A stretch of 64,000 nucleotides of DNA from Vicinamibacteria bacterium (GTDB lineage Bacteria; Acidobacteriota; Vicinamibacteria; Vicinamibacterales; JAENWD01). Positions within the stretch are counted from its first letter, which is position 1. Each line of letters opens with the position of its first letter. The translations under genes were made by a program, and so were the position numbers. A model generated the notes under the pieces. That model did no database searches. It had not been told where the DNA came from and saw only the letters and a list, made by a program, of their open reading frames with translations. Positions 8,534 through 17,906 of this stretch are shown here, piece by piece. The stretch spans positions 6,082 to 70,081 of the forward strand of contig JAENWD010000139.1 of NCBI GenBank assembly GCA_016650245.1. Reading direction: 5' to 3'.

Positions 8534-11074
8534 CTACTCAGCGCGCAGTGTCGCCAGTGGCTTGCGCCGAAGGACGTCGACGCTCGCGCCCAGGCCTACG
8601 ATGGCCACCAGCAGCGCCGTGCCGGCGACGCCTATGCCCACTTCACGCCAGGGCATCGACCAGGTGATCTGGATCGCCCACCGGCCAATAGCGTAGCTGA
8701 GGCCGATCCCGCCCCACGATCCCACCAGACCCGCCAGTAAACCGAGCAGGCCGTACTCGAGCAGCAACAAGCTGCCGACCGTCCGCGTGCTCGCGCCGAG
8801 GGTCTTGAGGATCGCGGCTTCGTACACGCGCCGGAACTTGGTCATCGCCACGGCGCCGGTGAGGATCAGCACGCCGGTGGCGAGCACTAGGCCGCCGACG
8901 ACGGTGACGCCGAGCGTGATGGTGCCGATGATCGACCGTGCCGTTTCAAGAACCTCGCGCAGGTCGATGACCGACACGTTGGGAAACGCCGTCACCAGGT
9001 CGCGCTGCAGCCGTGCGCGTGCCTCGAGGTCAACGGGCCCTCGCATCGACGCGATGAAGCTGTGCGGGGCCTGATCGAAGGTCCCCTGGCGGAACACGAA
9101 CATGAAGCCGCCGTTGCGGACTTCGCGCCAGTTCACGCTGCGCACGCTGGTGACACGCGCCTCGATGGGCCGGCCCAACACGTCGAAGCGCATCGTGTCG
9201 CCGATCTGAATGCGGAACCGGTCGCGAATGCTCTGCTCAATCGACACTTCGGGCTGCGCCGACGGCGAGGCGTCCCAGAAGCGCCCGTCGATGACGCGCT
9301 CGTTGGGCGAGAGTCCGCCGCGATAGGTGATGGTGTACTCGCGTGCCAGCGACCCGCGGCCCCGCACGTCCTCCACGCTGTCGAGATTCACCTCGCGCCC
9401 CCGTACGCCTGTGACGCGCGCACGCAACACAGGCAGCAGACGCGGGGAGCCGCCGCCGGCCGCGCGCGGGACCAGGAACGCCTGGAGACCGGCGGCCTGA
9501 TCCTGCTGGATGTCGATCAGGAACATGTCGGGTGTGTCGGCGGCCAGGTCGAACGAGAACTGGCCCAGCAAATTCGATTGCACCGCTCGCACCCCGACGA
9601 TGAAGAAGCAGCCGAGGCCAACTGACAGCAGCACCAGCCGCGTCTGATTGCCTGGACGATCCAGGTGCAGTGCCGCGTGGCGCAACGCGAACCACCGCGA
9701 GTACCGCAGCGGACGCATCATCTTGACCAGCAGCCAGCCGGCGCCCCAGAGCACACCGGCAATGGCGATGAAGCCCCCACACACGATGAGGCCGACGCGC
9801 CACGATCCCGCCTGCCATGCGGCGACGGCGACCAGCGCGACTCCGACCAGCGCGGCAACGCTGATACGCAGATAGTCACGCCCGCCGCCTCCATCTTCCT
9901 GCCGCAACAGCAACCAGGGCCGCACGCGGCGGACGCGCAGCAGCGGCACGATCGAGAACAGCAGCGCCACCAGCAGCCCGATGAGCACGCCCTGCCCCAC
10001 GGCCGGCCAGGTCAAACCGTAGGTCAGCGGCTCGCCAGTGGGCGACGTGCTGGCGGCATATCGGGCCACCGCCACCAGCGCCACACGCGCCAGGGCCACG
10101 CCGAGCAGGCAGCCAGCCAGACCCAGGACCAGGATCTGGAGCATGTAGACACCGAGGATCTGCACGGTGCCGGCGCCGACACACTTGAGCACCGCGATGC
10201 TCTTCAGCTTCTGCTCGACGAAGACGCGCGTGACACTGGACACGCCGATGCCACCCAGCACCAGCACGACCAGGCCCACCAGGCTCAGATAGTTCTCGGA
10301 CCGCTCCAGGTCTTCGCCGATGTCGCTCTCGGTGCTCTTCCAGGAGCGCACGCTGACGAACTGGTTGCGGAAGGCCTGCCGAAGGTCACGCGTGTAGGCG
10401 TCCAGGCGCGTCGGGTCTACACGCAGCATGATCTGGTGCCGCGCGCGGCTGCCAAAGCCCAGCAGGCCGGCGTGCTCTAGCGCTGCGCGATCGATCAACA
10501 CGCGGGGACCGAGGCTGAAGCCGCCGGCGCGGCCGCCGGGCTCGCCTTCGAGCACGCCCCGGATCGTGAAGGACTGCGAGCCGATGACCATCGCGTCGCC
10601 CACCGCGAGGTCCAGCTGCGTCAGCAGCTCCGGCCGCACGAGCGCGCCGTGGTCCTCGAGCAGTGCGTGCGAGTAGGGCTGGTTGCCGCGCATCCGGACC
10701 CGGCCATAGAGTGGAAAGGCCGCCTCGACGCCCCGCAATTCGACCATGCGCGCCGTGGCCTTCGCCCGGTCTGCAGGCCGTACCATCGTCGCGGTCTCGA
10801 GCGACGCGGTGGTGGCCTGCACGCCGCGGCCGGGAGCGAGCCAGGAGGCCAGCAGCGCGCGGTCCTGCTCGGTCCATCCCCGGCCCGTGGAAATCACCAC
10901 GTCGCCGGCGATGAGCACGCGCGCTTCGCCGGTCACCACACCCCGCACGCTCTGAATCACCGAGCGCAACGTCACGATGGCGCCGACACCAATGGCCAGA
11001 CACACAAAGAAGAACACCAGGCGCTGCCACGACGAGCGCGTCTCGCGAAGCGCCATGCGCAGGACGAAGATCAT
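8534..11074 (-). CDS. ABC transporter permease, FtsX/MacB-type with duplicated 4-TM modules (YbbP-like)
   Basis: 846 aa with two FtsX-like TM bundles, each preceded by a large extracytoplasmic domain. It overlaps the upstream ATPase gene by 4 nt. Confidence 0.85.
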   Translation of the reverse strand: MIFVLRMALRETRSSWQRLVFFFVCLAIGVGAIVTLRSVIQSVRGVVTGEARVLIAGDVVISTGRGWTEQDRALLASWLAPGRGVQATTASLETATMVRPADRAKATARMVELRGVEAAFPLYGRVRMRGNQPYSHALLEDHGALVRPELLTQLDLAVGDAMVIGSQSFTIRGVLEGEPGGRAGGFSLGPRVLIDRAALEHAGLLGFGSRARHQIMLRVDPTRLDAYTRDLRQAFRNQFVSVRSWKSTESDIGEDLERSENYLSLVGLVVLVLGGIGVSSVTRVFVEQKLKSIAVLKCVGAGTVQILGVYMLQILVLGLAGCLLGVALARVALVAVARYAASTSPTGEPLTYGLTWPAVGQGVLIGLLVALLFSIVPLLRVRRVRPWLLLRQEDGGGGRDYLRISVAALVGVALVAVAAWQAGSWRVGLIVCGGFIAIAGVLWGAGWLLVKMMRPLRYSRWFALRHAALHLDRPGNQTRLVLLSVGLGCFFIVGVRAVQSNLLGQFSFDLAADTPDMFLIDIQQDQAAGLQAFLVPRAAGGGSPRLLPVLRARVTGVRGREVNLDSVEDVRGRGSLAREYTITYRGGLSPNERVIDGRFWDASPSAQPEVSIEQSIRDRFRIQIGDTMRFDVLGRPIEARVTSVRSVNWREVRNGGFMFVFRQGTFDQAPHSFIASMRGPVDLEARARLQRDLVTAFPNVSVIDLREVLETARSIIGTITLGVTVVGGLVLATGVLILTGAVAMTKFRRVYEAAILKTLGASTRTVGSLLLLEYGLLGLLAGLVGSWGGIGLSYAIGRWAIQITWSMPWREVGIGVAGTALLVAIVGLGASVDVLRRKPLATLRAE

Positions 11075-11766
11075 GCGGGAGGCGCCAGTTGCACGAGACG
11101 CGATCGCTCGACGTCGGGCCGGCCATCCCGAAGCGCCAACTGCGCGCCGGCCTCGGCCGCCAGCGCCGCGTCGTGGGTCACCAGCACCAGCGTGGTCCTG
11201 CGCGCGCGGTTGACGTCGACGAGCAGGTCCATGACGTGACGGCCGTTGGCGCTGTCGAGGTTGCCCGTCGGCTCGTCGGCCAGCAGGATCGGCGGGTCGT
11301 TCGCCAGCGCTCGCGCGATGGCGACGCGCTGCTGCTCGCCGCCGGACAGCTGCGACGGATAGTGATGGCCGCGGTCGCGCAGGCCCACTTCATCGAGCAG
11401 CGCGTCGGCCCGGCGGGGCGCATCGCGGCGCTTCGCCAACTCCATCGGCACCAGTACGTTTTCGCGCGCGGTCAACGAAGGGATCAAGTGGAAGAACTGA
11501 AAGACGAACCCGATCTTGGCGCCCCGCAGCCGAGCCAACGCGTCCTCGCCCAGCCCCGTGATGTCGACCCCGTCGATCAGGATCGCGCCGCTGGTGGGCG
11601 CGTCGAGTCCGGCAATCAGGCCCAGCAGCGTCGACTTGCCGCTGCCCGAGGGGCCCGTGATCGCCAGGGACTGCCCCGCCGGCACGAACAGATCCAGCGG
11701 ATGCAGGATGGTCAGAGGCGCGCCGCCACTTTGGACGGTGCGCGAGACGCCGCGAAGTTCGATCAT
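11071..11766 (-). CDS. ABC transporter ATP-binding protein (YbbA/LolD-like)
   Basis: Walker [18 protein letters not shown] and [13 protein letters not shown] chose the internal ATG at 11766 (MIELRGV...), 5 nt after the upstream gene's stop. Confidence 0.9.
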   Translation of the reverse strand: MIELRGVSRTVQSGGAPLTILHPLDLFVPAGQSLAITGPSGSGKSTLLGLIAGLDAPTSGAILIDGVDITGLGEDALARLRGAKIGFVFQFFHLIPSLTARENVLVPMELAKRRDAPRRADALLDEVGLRDRGHHYPSQLSGGEQQRVAIARALANDPPILLADEPTGNLDSANGRHVMDLLVDVNRARRTTLVLVTHDAALAAEAGAQLALRDGRPDVERSRLVQLAPPA

Positions 11767-11771
11767 TGCGA

Positions 11772-12467
11772 TCAGGATGACGCGCGCACGCCGACCAACG
11801 GTGCAACGGCACGCCAAATGGTCGCCGCCACGATGCGCTGGCCTTCGGCCGTCGGATGGATGCCGTCGGCCTGGTTGAGGGACGGCACGCCGGCCACACC
11901 CTCGAGGAAGAACGGGACCAACGTCACGTCGTAGGTCTGGGCCAGGTCGCGATACACGGCGCGGAAATCACGCGTGTAGGTCGCGCCGAAATTGGGCGGC
12001 GCTTCCATGCCGGCCAGCACCACGCGGACGTGCCGCGCCTGGGCAGTCTCGATGATTCGCGCCAGATTGGCGCGCAGGTCCTTGGGCGGCAGCCCACGCA
12101 GCCCGTCGTTGGCCCCCAGCGCAACAACCAGCACCTGCACGTCGCCCACCATCGACCAGTCCAGCCGTCGCAGTCCGCCCGCCGAGGTGTCTCCGGACAC
12201 GCCGGCGTTGGCGACCTCGTAATCGAACCCGGCCGCGCGCAGTCGGGCCGCAAGTTGTGCCGGATACGCCTCGTCGGACGACACGCCATAACCGGCGGTG
12301 AGGCTGTCGCCGAGACACACGATGCGGGGCCGGGCCGAAACCACCGGCGGGGCCGCCGGAGCCACAACGGCGGCCGGCACCGCCGGATCAACCGCCTGGC
12401 GGTCGGAGCAGGCCGCAGATGCCGCGGCGATCGACAGCCCCAGGCCAAGGGCGCAAGTCAGGCGCAT
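11772..12467 (-). CDS. SGNH/GDSL arylesterase-thioesterase (TesA-like), lipoprotein-type signal
   Basis: GDSLTAGYG block I, GANDGLRG block III and DGIHP block V. The N-terminal signal has a Cys (AAASAAC). TATACT lies 6 nt upstream of the ATG. Confidence 0.85.
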   Translation of the reverse strand: MRLTCALGLGLSIAAASAACSDRQAVDPAVPAAVVAPAAPPVVSARPRIVCLGDSLTAGYGVSSDEAYPAQLAARLRAAGFDYEVANAGVSGDTSAGGLRRLDWSMVGDVQVLVVALGANDGLRGLPPKDLRANLARIIETAQARHVRVVLAGMEAPPNFGATYTRDFRAVYRDLAQTYDVTLVPFFLEGVAGVPSLNQADGIHPTAEGQRIVAATIWRAVAPLVGVRASS

Positions 12468-12515
12468 GCCTACAGTATACGGAGGACGCGTGAGGACCCC
12501 TGCCGCCGCCGCGCT

Positions 12516-13280
12516 TCAGTCGACGGCGCGGACCAGGACGGCCGTGATGTTGTCGGTGCCGCCACGCTCGAGCGAGCTCGCCACCAGGCGGTCGCCCAGC
12601 TCGTCGAGCGGTCCTGGACCCGTCAACAGAATCTGGAGAGAGGCGTCGTCGAGGCCGCCGTACAGGCCGTCGCTGCAGAGCAGCAACTGCTCGCCGGCCG
12701 CGAGGGGGCGCTCACCGACTTCCACTTCGGTGTCTTCGCGGGCGCCAAGCACGTTGGTGAGCACGTGGCGCATCGGGTGAGTCGCCAGTTGGGCGCGGTC
12801 AAACTCCGGGTCGCGGGCCAGCACGGTGGCGACCCAGGAATCGTCGTGAGTGATCTGCTTTAGCGCGCCACCCGACAGGGCGTAGATCCGGCTGTCGCCG
12901 ACGCCGCAAAAGGTGAGCAAGGCGCCTTCGACCAGGGCGACGACAATGGTCGTGCCCATGCCGGCCAGGTCCGGCTTGTCTTCGCCGGCCTGATAGACCT
13001 TGCGATTGGCCAGGCGCACAGCCGTGACCAGCCGGTTGGCGTTCGTCGACAGCGTCGGATCGAAGCCAAACGGCCACGTCAGGTCGTGATCGCCCTTGCT
13101 GGACTCCAGAAAGCTCTGGACCGTCTCGACCGCCATCTTCGAGGCAACTTCGCCTGCCTGATGGCCGCCCATGCCGTCGGCAACCACAAACAGTCCCGCC
13201 GGTACATCCCACAGCAATGCGTCCTCATTATTCGGGCGGACGCGGCCCGGGTGTGTCACACCGTACGCCGTCAGCTTCAA
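12516..13280 (-). CDS. PP2C-family Ser/Thr protein phosphatase
   Basis: GRVRPNNEDAL, VADGMGGHQAGE, LCSDGLYG and GGTDNITAVLV motifs. I place the start at TTG 13280 (MKLTAYGVTH...). The longer track ORF to 13424 would overlap the divergent gene. Confidence 0.85.
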   Translation of the reverse strand: MKLTAYGVTHPGRVRPNNEDALLWDVPAGLFVVADGMGGHQAGEVASKMAVETVQSFLESSKGDHDLTWPFGFDPTLSTNANRLVTAVRLANRKVYQAGEDKPDLAGMGTTIVVALVEGALLTFCGVGDSRIYALSGGALKQITHDDSWVATVLARDPEFDRAQLATHPMRHVLTNVLGAREDTEVEVGERPLAAGEQLLLCSDGLYGGLDDASLQILLTGPGPLDELGDRLVASSLERGGTDNITAVLVRAVD

Positions 13281-13288
13281 GGCCCGCC

Positions 13289-13294
13289 ATTCTA
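13289..13294 (-). promoter_or_regulatory. -10-like TAGAAT, 8 nt upstream of the PP2C start
   Basis: Reverse complement of attcta, read directly. One of two -10-like boxes in the 63-bp divergent spacer. Confidence 0.3.
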
Positions 13295-13329
13295 ACGTAG
13301 GCTCAACCAGCCCAGCAAGGCGTAAGGCG

Positions 13330-13335
13330 TATACT
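13330..13335 (+). promoter_or_regulatory. -10-like TATACT, 8 nt upstream of the sigma-54 activator ATG
   Basis: Read directly. No Shine-Dalgarno sequence lies between the box and ATG 13344. Confidence 0.3.
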
Positions 13336-13343
13336 TCGTAGCC

Positions 13344-16289
13344 ATGGCAAGTGTGGCCCTTCAGCCCCTGCTGGCTCGCGCGCACAACGCGCTCGAGCGC
13401 GGCCGCGGTACCGACGCCACCCAATTACTCCAGCCAGCCCTTCGATCCAGCGCCCTCACCCGCGAGGACGAGCTGGCGCTCCGCGTGCTGCTCGCCGACG
13501 CCTGGCTGCTGCAAGATGACCTGACGCAAGCCAGTGCCAGCCTCGGTCGCCCCCCCGACTCCCTTCGTGAATCGTCGGTCCCGCCGACGACGCTGTCCAA
13601 CCTCTGGCGCCTGCACGGGCGCGTGGCCTCGACCCGCGGCGACCAGTCGCGCGCTGTCGCCCTGCACCTGAAGGCACTCAAGTACGCCGAGCTCGCGCAC
13701 GACCTGCGCGCCGTCGGCCTGGCCCACTTCGAGCTCGCGCGCTGCTACACGCTGGTCGGCGACAAGGCGACGGTCGCCGACCACTTCAGTGCAGCCGCCA
13801 CGGCCCTGCACGCCGTCGGCGACAAGCGCAACCTCGCCCTGGTTCACTCGCTGTCGGGCAGCGGCCTGGCCCAGCAAGGGCGATACGACGAGGCGCTGAT
13901 GGCCCTGCGGCAGGCCGAACGGCTCGCTCAGGCCGTGCAGGCTGACGACGTCGTGGCCATCGCGTGCGGCAACCAGGCCAACGTCGCGATGATCCGGCAT
14001 CGTTATGAGCAGGCGCTCACCTTGGCCGAGCGGGCCGTCGCGCTCCATCAGCAGTATCCGCCCGGGCACGGGCTGGCCGTGGCGCTTGGCACCCTGGGAC
14101 AGATCGCGATTCGCCTCGGGCAACTCTCACGCGCCGCCGAGGCGCTCACTGCCGCACTCTCCGTGCGCACGCCGCTGCTCTACCACGAGACGACGGGCGC
14201 GATTTTCGACAGTCTTGCCCAGATTCACCTGATTCGCGGCGACTACGACGCGTGTGCCGACGCGCTTGCGCAGGCCCGCGACGCGTTTGGCGTCTACGAC
14301 GCGCACACGCCGCGCTGGTACGACTGGTCGCTGCGACTCGTCCAAGCGCGACTGACATCACGTCGTGGCGACTTCGCTCGTGCCGTGGCACTGGCCGATG
14401 CGATCGCCGCCTCGCCTGGCGTGCCGCCAGCCGACCAGGTGCACGCGTACCTGATCGCGGCCGACGCCCTGGTGCACGCAGGGCAGCACGCCGAGGCGCA
14501 GCAGCGGCTGGACCGCACCGCCGCTCACGTGGACCCGCGCACGACGCCTGGCGCCTGGGGCGAGTACCTCCGGGTGCGAGGCGTGGTGGCCTCGGCGACA
14601 GGGCGCGCCACCGAGGGCTATCACGACTTGTCGCAGAGCGCGACGGTGTGCGATCTGCTCGGCGAACGCTATCAGTCGGCCCTCAGCCATTTGGCGCTCG
14701 GCCGCGTCGCCGCGCGTGCCGGCGCCCGCTCGCTGGCCGTACGTACGCTGGATCAGGCCGGCGCGATCTTCGGCGAGCTCGGTGCGGCCCGCGACGCGCG
14801 GGATGTCGAGGCGGCCCGCGCGCTGCTGGATCAGCCAGGCAGCGGGGAGTTCGTCGGCGCACCCGCGGATGCCGACGACGCGGTGGTGCGGCGCATCGTC
14901 GATGCGGCGGCGCTCCCTGAGTTGCTCGCGCGTGAGACCTCCTCCGCGCTGCTCGAGATCGCCGCGGCCGACGCGGCGGTGGTGCTGGTGCGCGACGGCC
15001 GCGACGAACCCCGCGTGGTGGCGCACGCCGGCTGCGATCTGGCGTTTGCGCGGTCGTTGGCGCGCGTGGCCGGACACAGCCAGCAGCTGGGCGACTTCCG
15101 CGTGATGGTCGAGCCGCTGGGGCACGAAGGGCCAGCCGCGCGGCTGGCCGCTCTTGCCGTGTCGCGGCCCCCCGGCCATCTGGTCGAGCGGCGCTTGCGC
15201 ATGGTGGCCGCCGTGGCGCGGCAGGGCTTCCAACTGTGTGAGGCGCGCGAGCGACCCGCGCGGGCCGCCGACGTGGTGGCGATCGAGCGGCCGCTGGAAC
15301 CGCTCATTCCCGGATTCCTCTGCGCCAGCGCCGCCATGGCACGGGTGGTCGACCAGATCAAGCGACTGCAGACCACCGCGCTGACCGTGCTGATCACCGG
15401 CGAAAGCGGCACCGGCAAGGAGCTGGTTGCGCGGGCCATCCACGCAGGCTCACCCCGGTCGAGCGCCACCTTCCTCCCCTTCAACTGCACGACCACCACG
15501 CGGGAGCTTGCCGACAGCCAGTTGTTCGGGCATCGCCGCGGCAGCTTCACCGGCGCGCACACCGACCAGCCCGGTTTAGTACGCTCGTCGGCCGGGGGCA
15601 CGCTGTTTCTGGACGAGATTGGCGACTTGCCAATTGACGTGCAGCCCAAGCTGCTGCGCTTCCTGGAGCAAGGCGAGATCATGCCGCTTGGCGAGACCCG
15701 CCCGCAGCACGTGGACGTGCGAGTCATTGCCGCCACAAACGCCGATCTCGAGCAGCGTGTCGGCGAAGGGCGGTTTCGCGAGGACCTGTTCTACCGGCTG
15801 AGCGTGATCCGGTTGCACGTGCCGCCGCTGCGCCAGCGTCGCGAGGAGATCCCGCACTTGAGCAGCTTCTTCCTGCGCGAGGCGTGTGAAGAACTCGCCA
15901 AGCCCGACGTCGAGTTGAGCCCCGACGTCCTCGATCTGTTCGCGCAGTTCCTCTGGCCAGGCAACGTCCGTCAACTCCGCAACGAAATCCGCCGCGCCGT
16001 GGCCATGAGCCTTGCCGGCACCTCCGTCACGCCCGACCTGTTGTCGCCCGAACTCGCGCGACTGGACAGCGACTCGCCCTCGCCCGGCGTGACCACAACC
16101 CGCACGACGGCGACGACCCTGGCCGTCGCCGTCGACCAACTGGAACGCGACCTGATCCGGAACGCCCTCGATCGCTCGGCGGGCAACATCTCCGAAACCG
16201 CGCGTCAGCTCGGGCTGACACGCCGTGGCCTGTATCTCAAGCTCCGGCGGCTGGGGTTCGACGCCCCTGCGCCGGTGGATATTAAGTAA
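13344..16289 (+). CDS. Sigma-54-dependent transcriptional activator with a long N-terminal TPR-like region and a GAF-like domain
   Basis: AAA+ core VLITGESGTGKELVARAIH, GSFTGA (a variant of GAFTGA), TLFLDEIGDL and WPGNVRQLRN. C-terminal Fis-type HTH (NISETARQLGLTRRGLYLKLRR). About 650 N-terminal residues are helical-repeat-like. Confidence 0.85.
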   Translation: MASVALQPLLARAHNALERGRGTDATQLLQPALRSSALTREDELALRVLLADAWLLQDDLTQASASLGRPPDSLRESSVPPTTLSNLWRLHGRVASTRGDQSRAVALHLKALKYAELAHDLRAVGLAHFELARCYTLVGDKATVADHFSAAATALHAVGDKRNLALVHSLSGSGLAQQGRYDEALMALRQAERLAQAVQADDVVAIACGNQANVAMIRHRYEQALTLAERAVALHQQYPPGHGLAVALGTLGQIAIRLGQLSRAAEALTAALSVRTPLLYHETTGAIFDSLAQIHLIRGDYDACADALAQARDAFGVYDAHTPRWYDWSLRLVQARLTSRRGDFARAVALADAIAASPGVPPADQVHAYLIAADALVHAGQHAEAQQRLDRTAAHVDPRTTPGAWGEYLRVRGVVASATGRATEGYHDLSQSATVCDLLGERYQSALSHLALGRVAARAGARSLAVRTLDQAGAIFGELGAARDARDVEAARALLDQPGSGEFVGAPADADDAVVRRIVDAAALPELLARETSSALLEIAAADAAVVLVRDGRDEPRVVAHAGCDLAFARSLARVAGHSQQLGDFRVMVEPLGHEGPAARLAALAVSRPPGHLVERRLRMVAAVARQGFQLCEARERPARAADVVAIERPLEPLIPGFLCASAAMARVVDQIKRLQTTALTVLITGESGTGKELVARAIHAGSPRSSATFLPFNCTTTTRELADSQLFGHRRGSFTGAHTDQPGLVRSSAGGTLFLDEIGDLPIDVQPKLLRFLEQGEIMPLGETRPQHVDVRVIAATNADLEQRVGEGRFREDLFYRLSVIRLHVPPLRQRREEIPHLSSFFLREACEELAKPDVELSPDVLDLFAQFLWPGNVRQLRNEIRRAVAMSLAGTSVTPDLLSPELARLDSDSPSPGVTTTRTTATTLAVAVDQLERDLIRNALDRSAGNISETARQLGLTRRGLYLKLRRLGFDAPAPVDIK

Positions 16290-16461
16290 TCAGCCAAAGC
16301 GTTGACTGGATACTTCCTATTCGTACGTCAACGAGATCTCGACGCCCGGAAACGACCGGCAACTGTCTCTAGATAAAACACTTCCGGCGATATTGCGCGG
16401 GGCCACGCGAGGGGCGGCGCAAGGGTTGATTCTCTTACGGGGTAGTTTCCGGGAGAACCTC

Positions 16462-16878
16462 GTGACGATTCGCCAAAATCAGACCGCCGCTCAGTCTCGC
16501 CGCCATCGCCGTTTGGAGCGTCAGCCGGTGAACGTCACTGGGCGCCTCACTTGGCGCGATGCGCGTGGCATTCCCCGATTTGCAACCGTCGTCACCCGCG
16601 ACGTCAGTGCTGACGGCGTCTACCTCGAATGCCGGGGCGGTGAGCCCATCCCCCTCTACCGGCTCGTGTTCCTGCAGATTGAGCGCGACGAGCGAGCGAC
16701 CACCGTCCTGCCGCCGGCGCTCAAGGATGGCCGTGTGCTTTCGGCCGTCTATCGGGTCGGCCCTTCCGAGCCGACCACCGGCATGCCGTCGGGCTACGCC
16801 CTGCGCCTGCTGGTCGACCCGCGAGCGATGGACATGGCGGCGGCTTCCGACCGGCGCGCCGCCCGTTCCATCGCCTGA
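16462..16878 (+). CDS. PilZ-domain protein
   Basis: RRHRRLER (RxxxR) and DVSADG (D/NxSxxG) motifs at PilZ spacing. GTG 16462 is preferred because GGGAG lies 6 nt upstream. The track ORF starts at TTG 16393. Confidence 0.7.
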   Translation: MTIRQNQTAAQSRRHRRLERQPVNVTGRLTWRDARGIPRFATVVTRDVSADGVYLECRGGEPIPLYRLVFLQIERDERATTVLPPALKDGRVLSAVYRVGPSEPTTGMPSGYALRLLVDPRAMDMAAASDRRAARSIA

Positions 16879-16883
16879 GCGTT

Positions 16884-17864
16884 TCAGGCCTTCCCCGGCT
16901 CGACGTGGCCGCCAAACTGCTTCCGCATCGCCGACAGCATCTTCTCGGCAAACGTGTGGCCCTGGCGGGAGCGGAAGCGGGCGTATAAGGACGCCGACAA
17001 CACATCGGCAGGCACGGCCTCTTCGATGGCGGCCAGAATCGTCCAGCGGCCCTCCCCGGAGTCCTGCACAAAGCCGGTGTACTCGGCCAAGTCTGCATCC
17101 TCGGCCAGCGCGATCGCGCTCAGATCGAGCAGCCACGACGACACGACGCTGCCGCGACGCCAGAGCTCGGCGATGTCGGCCAGGTCGAGTGTGTAGCGGT
17201 GATCCGGCGCCAGCGTCTCGTCGCCGGCGTGGCGCATGATGTCGAAGCCTTCGGCGAAGGCCTGCATCATGCCGTACTCGATCCCGTTGTGGATCATCTT
17301 CACGAAGTGGCCCGCGCCCACCGGGCCGCAGTGCAGGTACCCCAGGTGGGCGGTGCTGGTCTTGCCGTCGCGGCCGCGTGAGGGCGCGATGCCGGATTCA
17401 CCTGGCGCCAGCGTGCGCAGGATCGGCTCGATGTGCGCGACAGCCTCGGGGGTTCCGCCCACCATCAGGCAATAGCCACGGTCGGCTCCCCAGACCCCGC
17501 CGCTGGTGCCCGCATCGACATAGCGTATGCCCCGGGCGCCAAGCGCCGCGCCACGTCGCACGTCGTCTTTGAACCACGAGTTGCCGCCGTCGACGACGAC
17601 GTCGCCGGCCGACAGCAGCGCGCCCAGCGTCGCCACCGTGCGTTCGGTGGCATCGCCCGCCGGTACCATCACCCACACGACGCGTGGCTGCGCCAGGCTG
17701 CCGACCAGCGCCTCGAGCGAACCGGCGCCGGTGGCGCCATCGCGTGCCATCGCCGCCACAGCGTCGGCACTCAGGTCGGTCACGACACACGAGTGGCCGG
17801 CCTTCATCAGGCGGCGCGCCATGTTGGCGCCCATTTTTCCGAGACCGACCAGTCCAATCTGCAT
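16884..17864 (-). CDS. gnd: 6-phosphogluconate dehydrogenase, decarboxylating (short Gnd/YqeC type)
   Basis: [19 protein letters not shown] Rossmann start, [24 protein letters not shown] and DSGEGRWT. I chose the internal ATG at 17864. Confidence 0.88.
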   Translation of the reverse strand: MQIGLVGLGKMGANMARRLMKAGHSCVVTDLSADAVAAMARDGATGAGSLEALVGSLAQPRVVWVMVPAGDATERTVATLGALLSAGDVVVDGGNSWFKDDVRRGAALGARGIRYVDAGTSGGVWGADRGYCLMVGGTPEAVAHIEPILRTLAPGESGIAPSRGRDGKTSTAHLGYLHCGPVGAGHFVKMIHNGIEYGMMQAFAEGFDIMRHAGDETLAPDHRYTLDLADIAELWRRGSVVSSWLLDLSAIALAEDADLAEYTGFVQDSGEGRWTILAAIEEAVPADVLSASLYARFRSRQGHTFAEKMLSAMRKQFGGHVEPGKA

Positions 17865-17906
17865 GGCGTGACCTGCGGGAAGGGAAGACGCTTTCACGGG
17901 CGTGAC

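Noticed and set aside
16290-16461. Sigma-54 (-24/-12) promoter upstream of the PilZ gene
   Set aside because: I looked for TGGCAC-N5-TTGC. Only GG-containing near-misses occur (CGGCAActgtcTCTA, CTGGATacttcCTAT) and they lack the GC at -12. TGGCAC hexamers elsewhere in the window are inside coding regions without TTGC.
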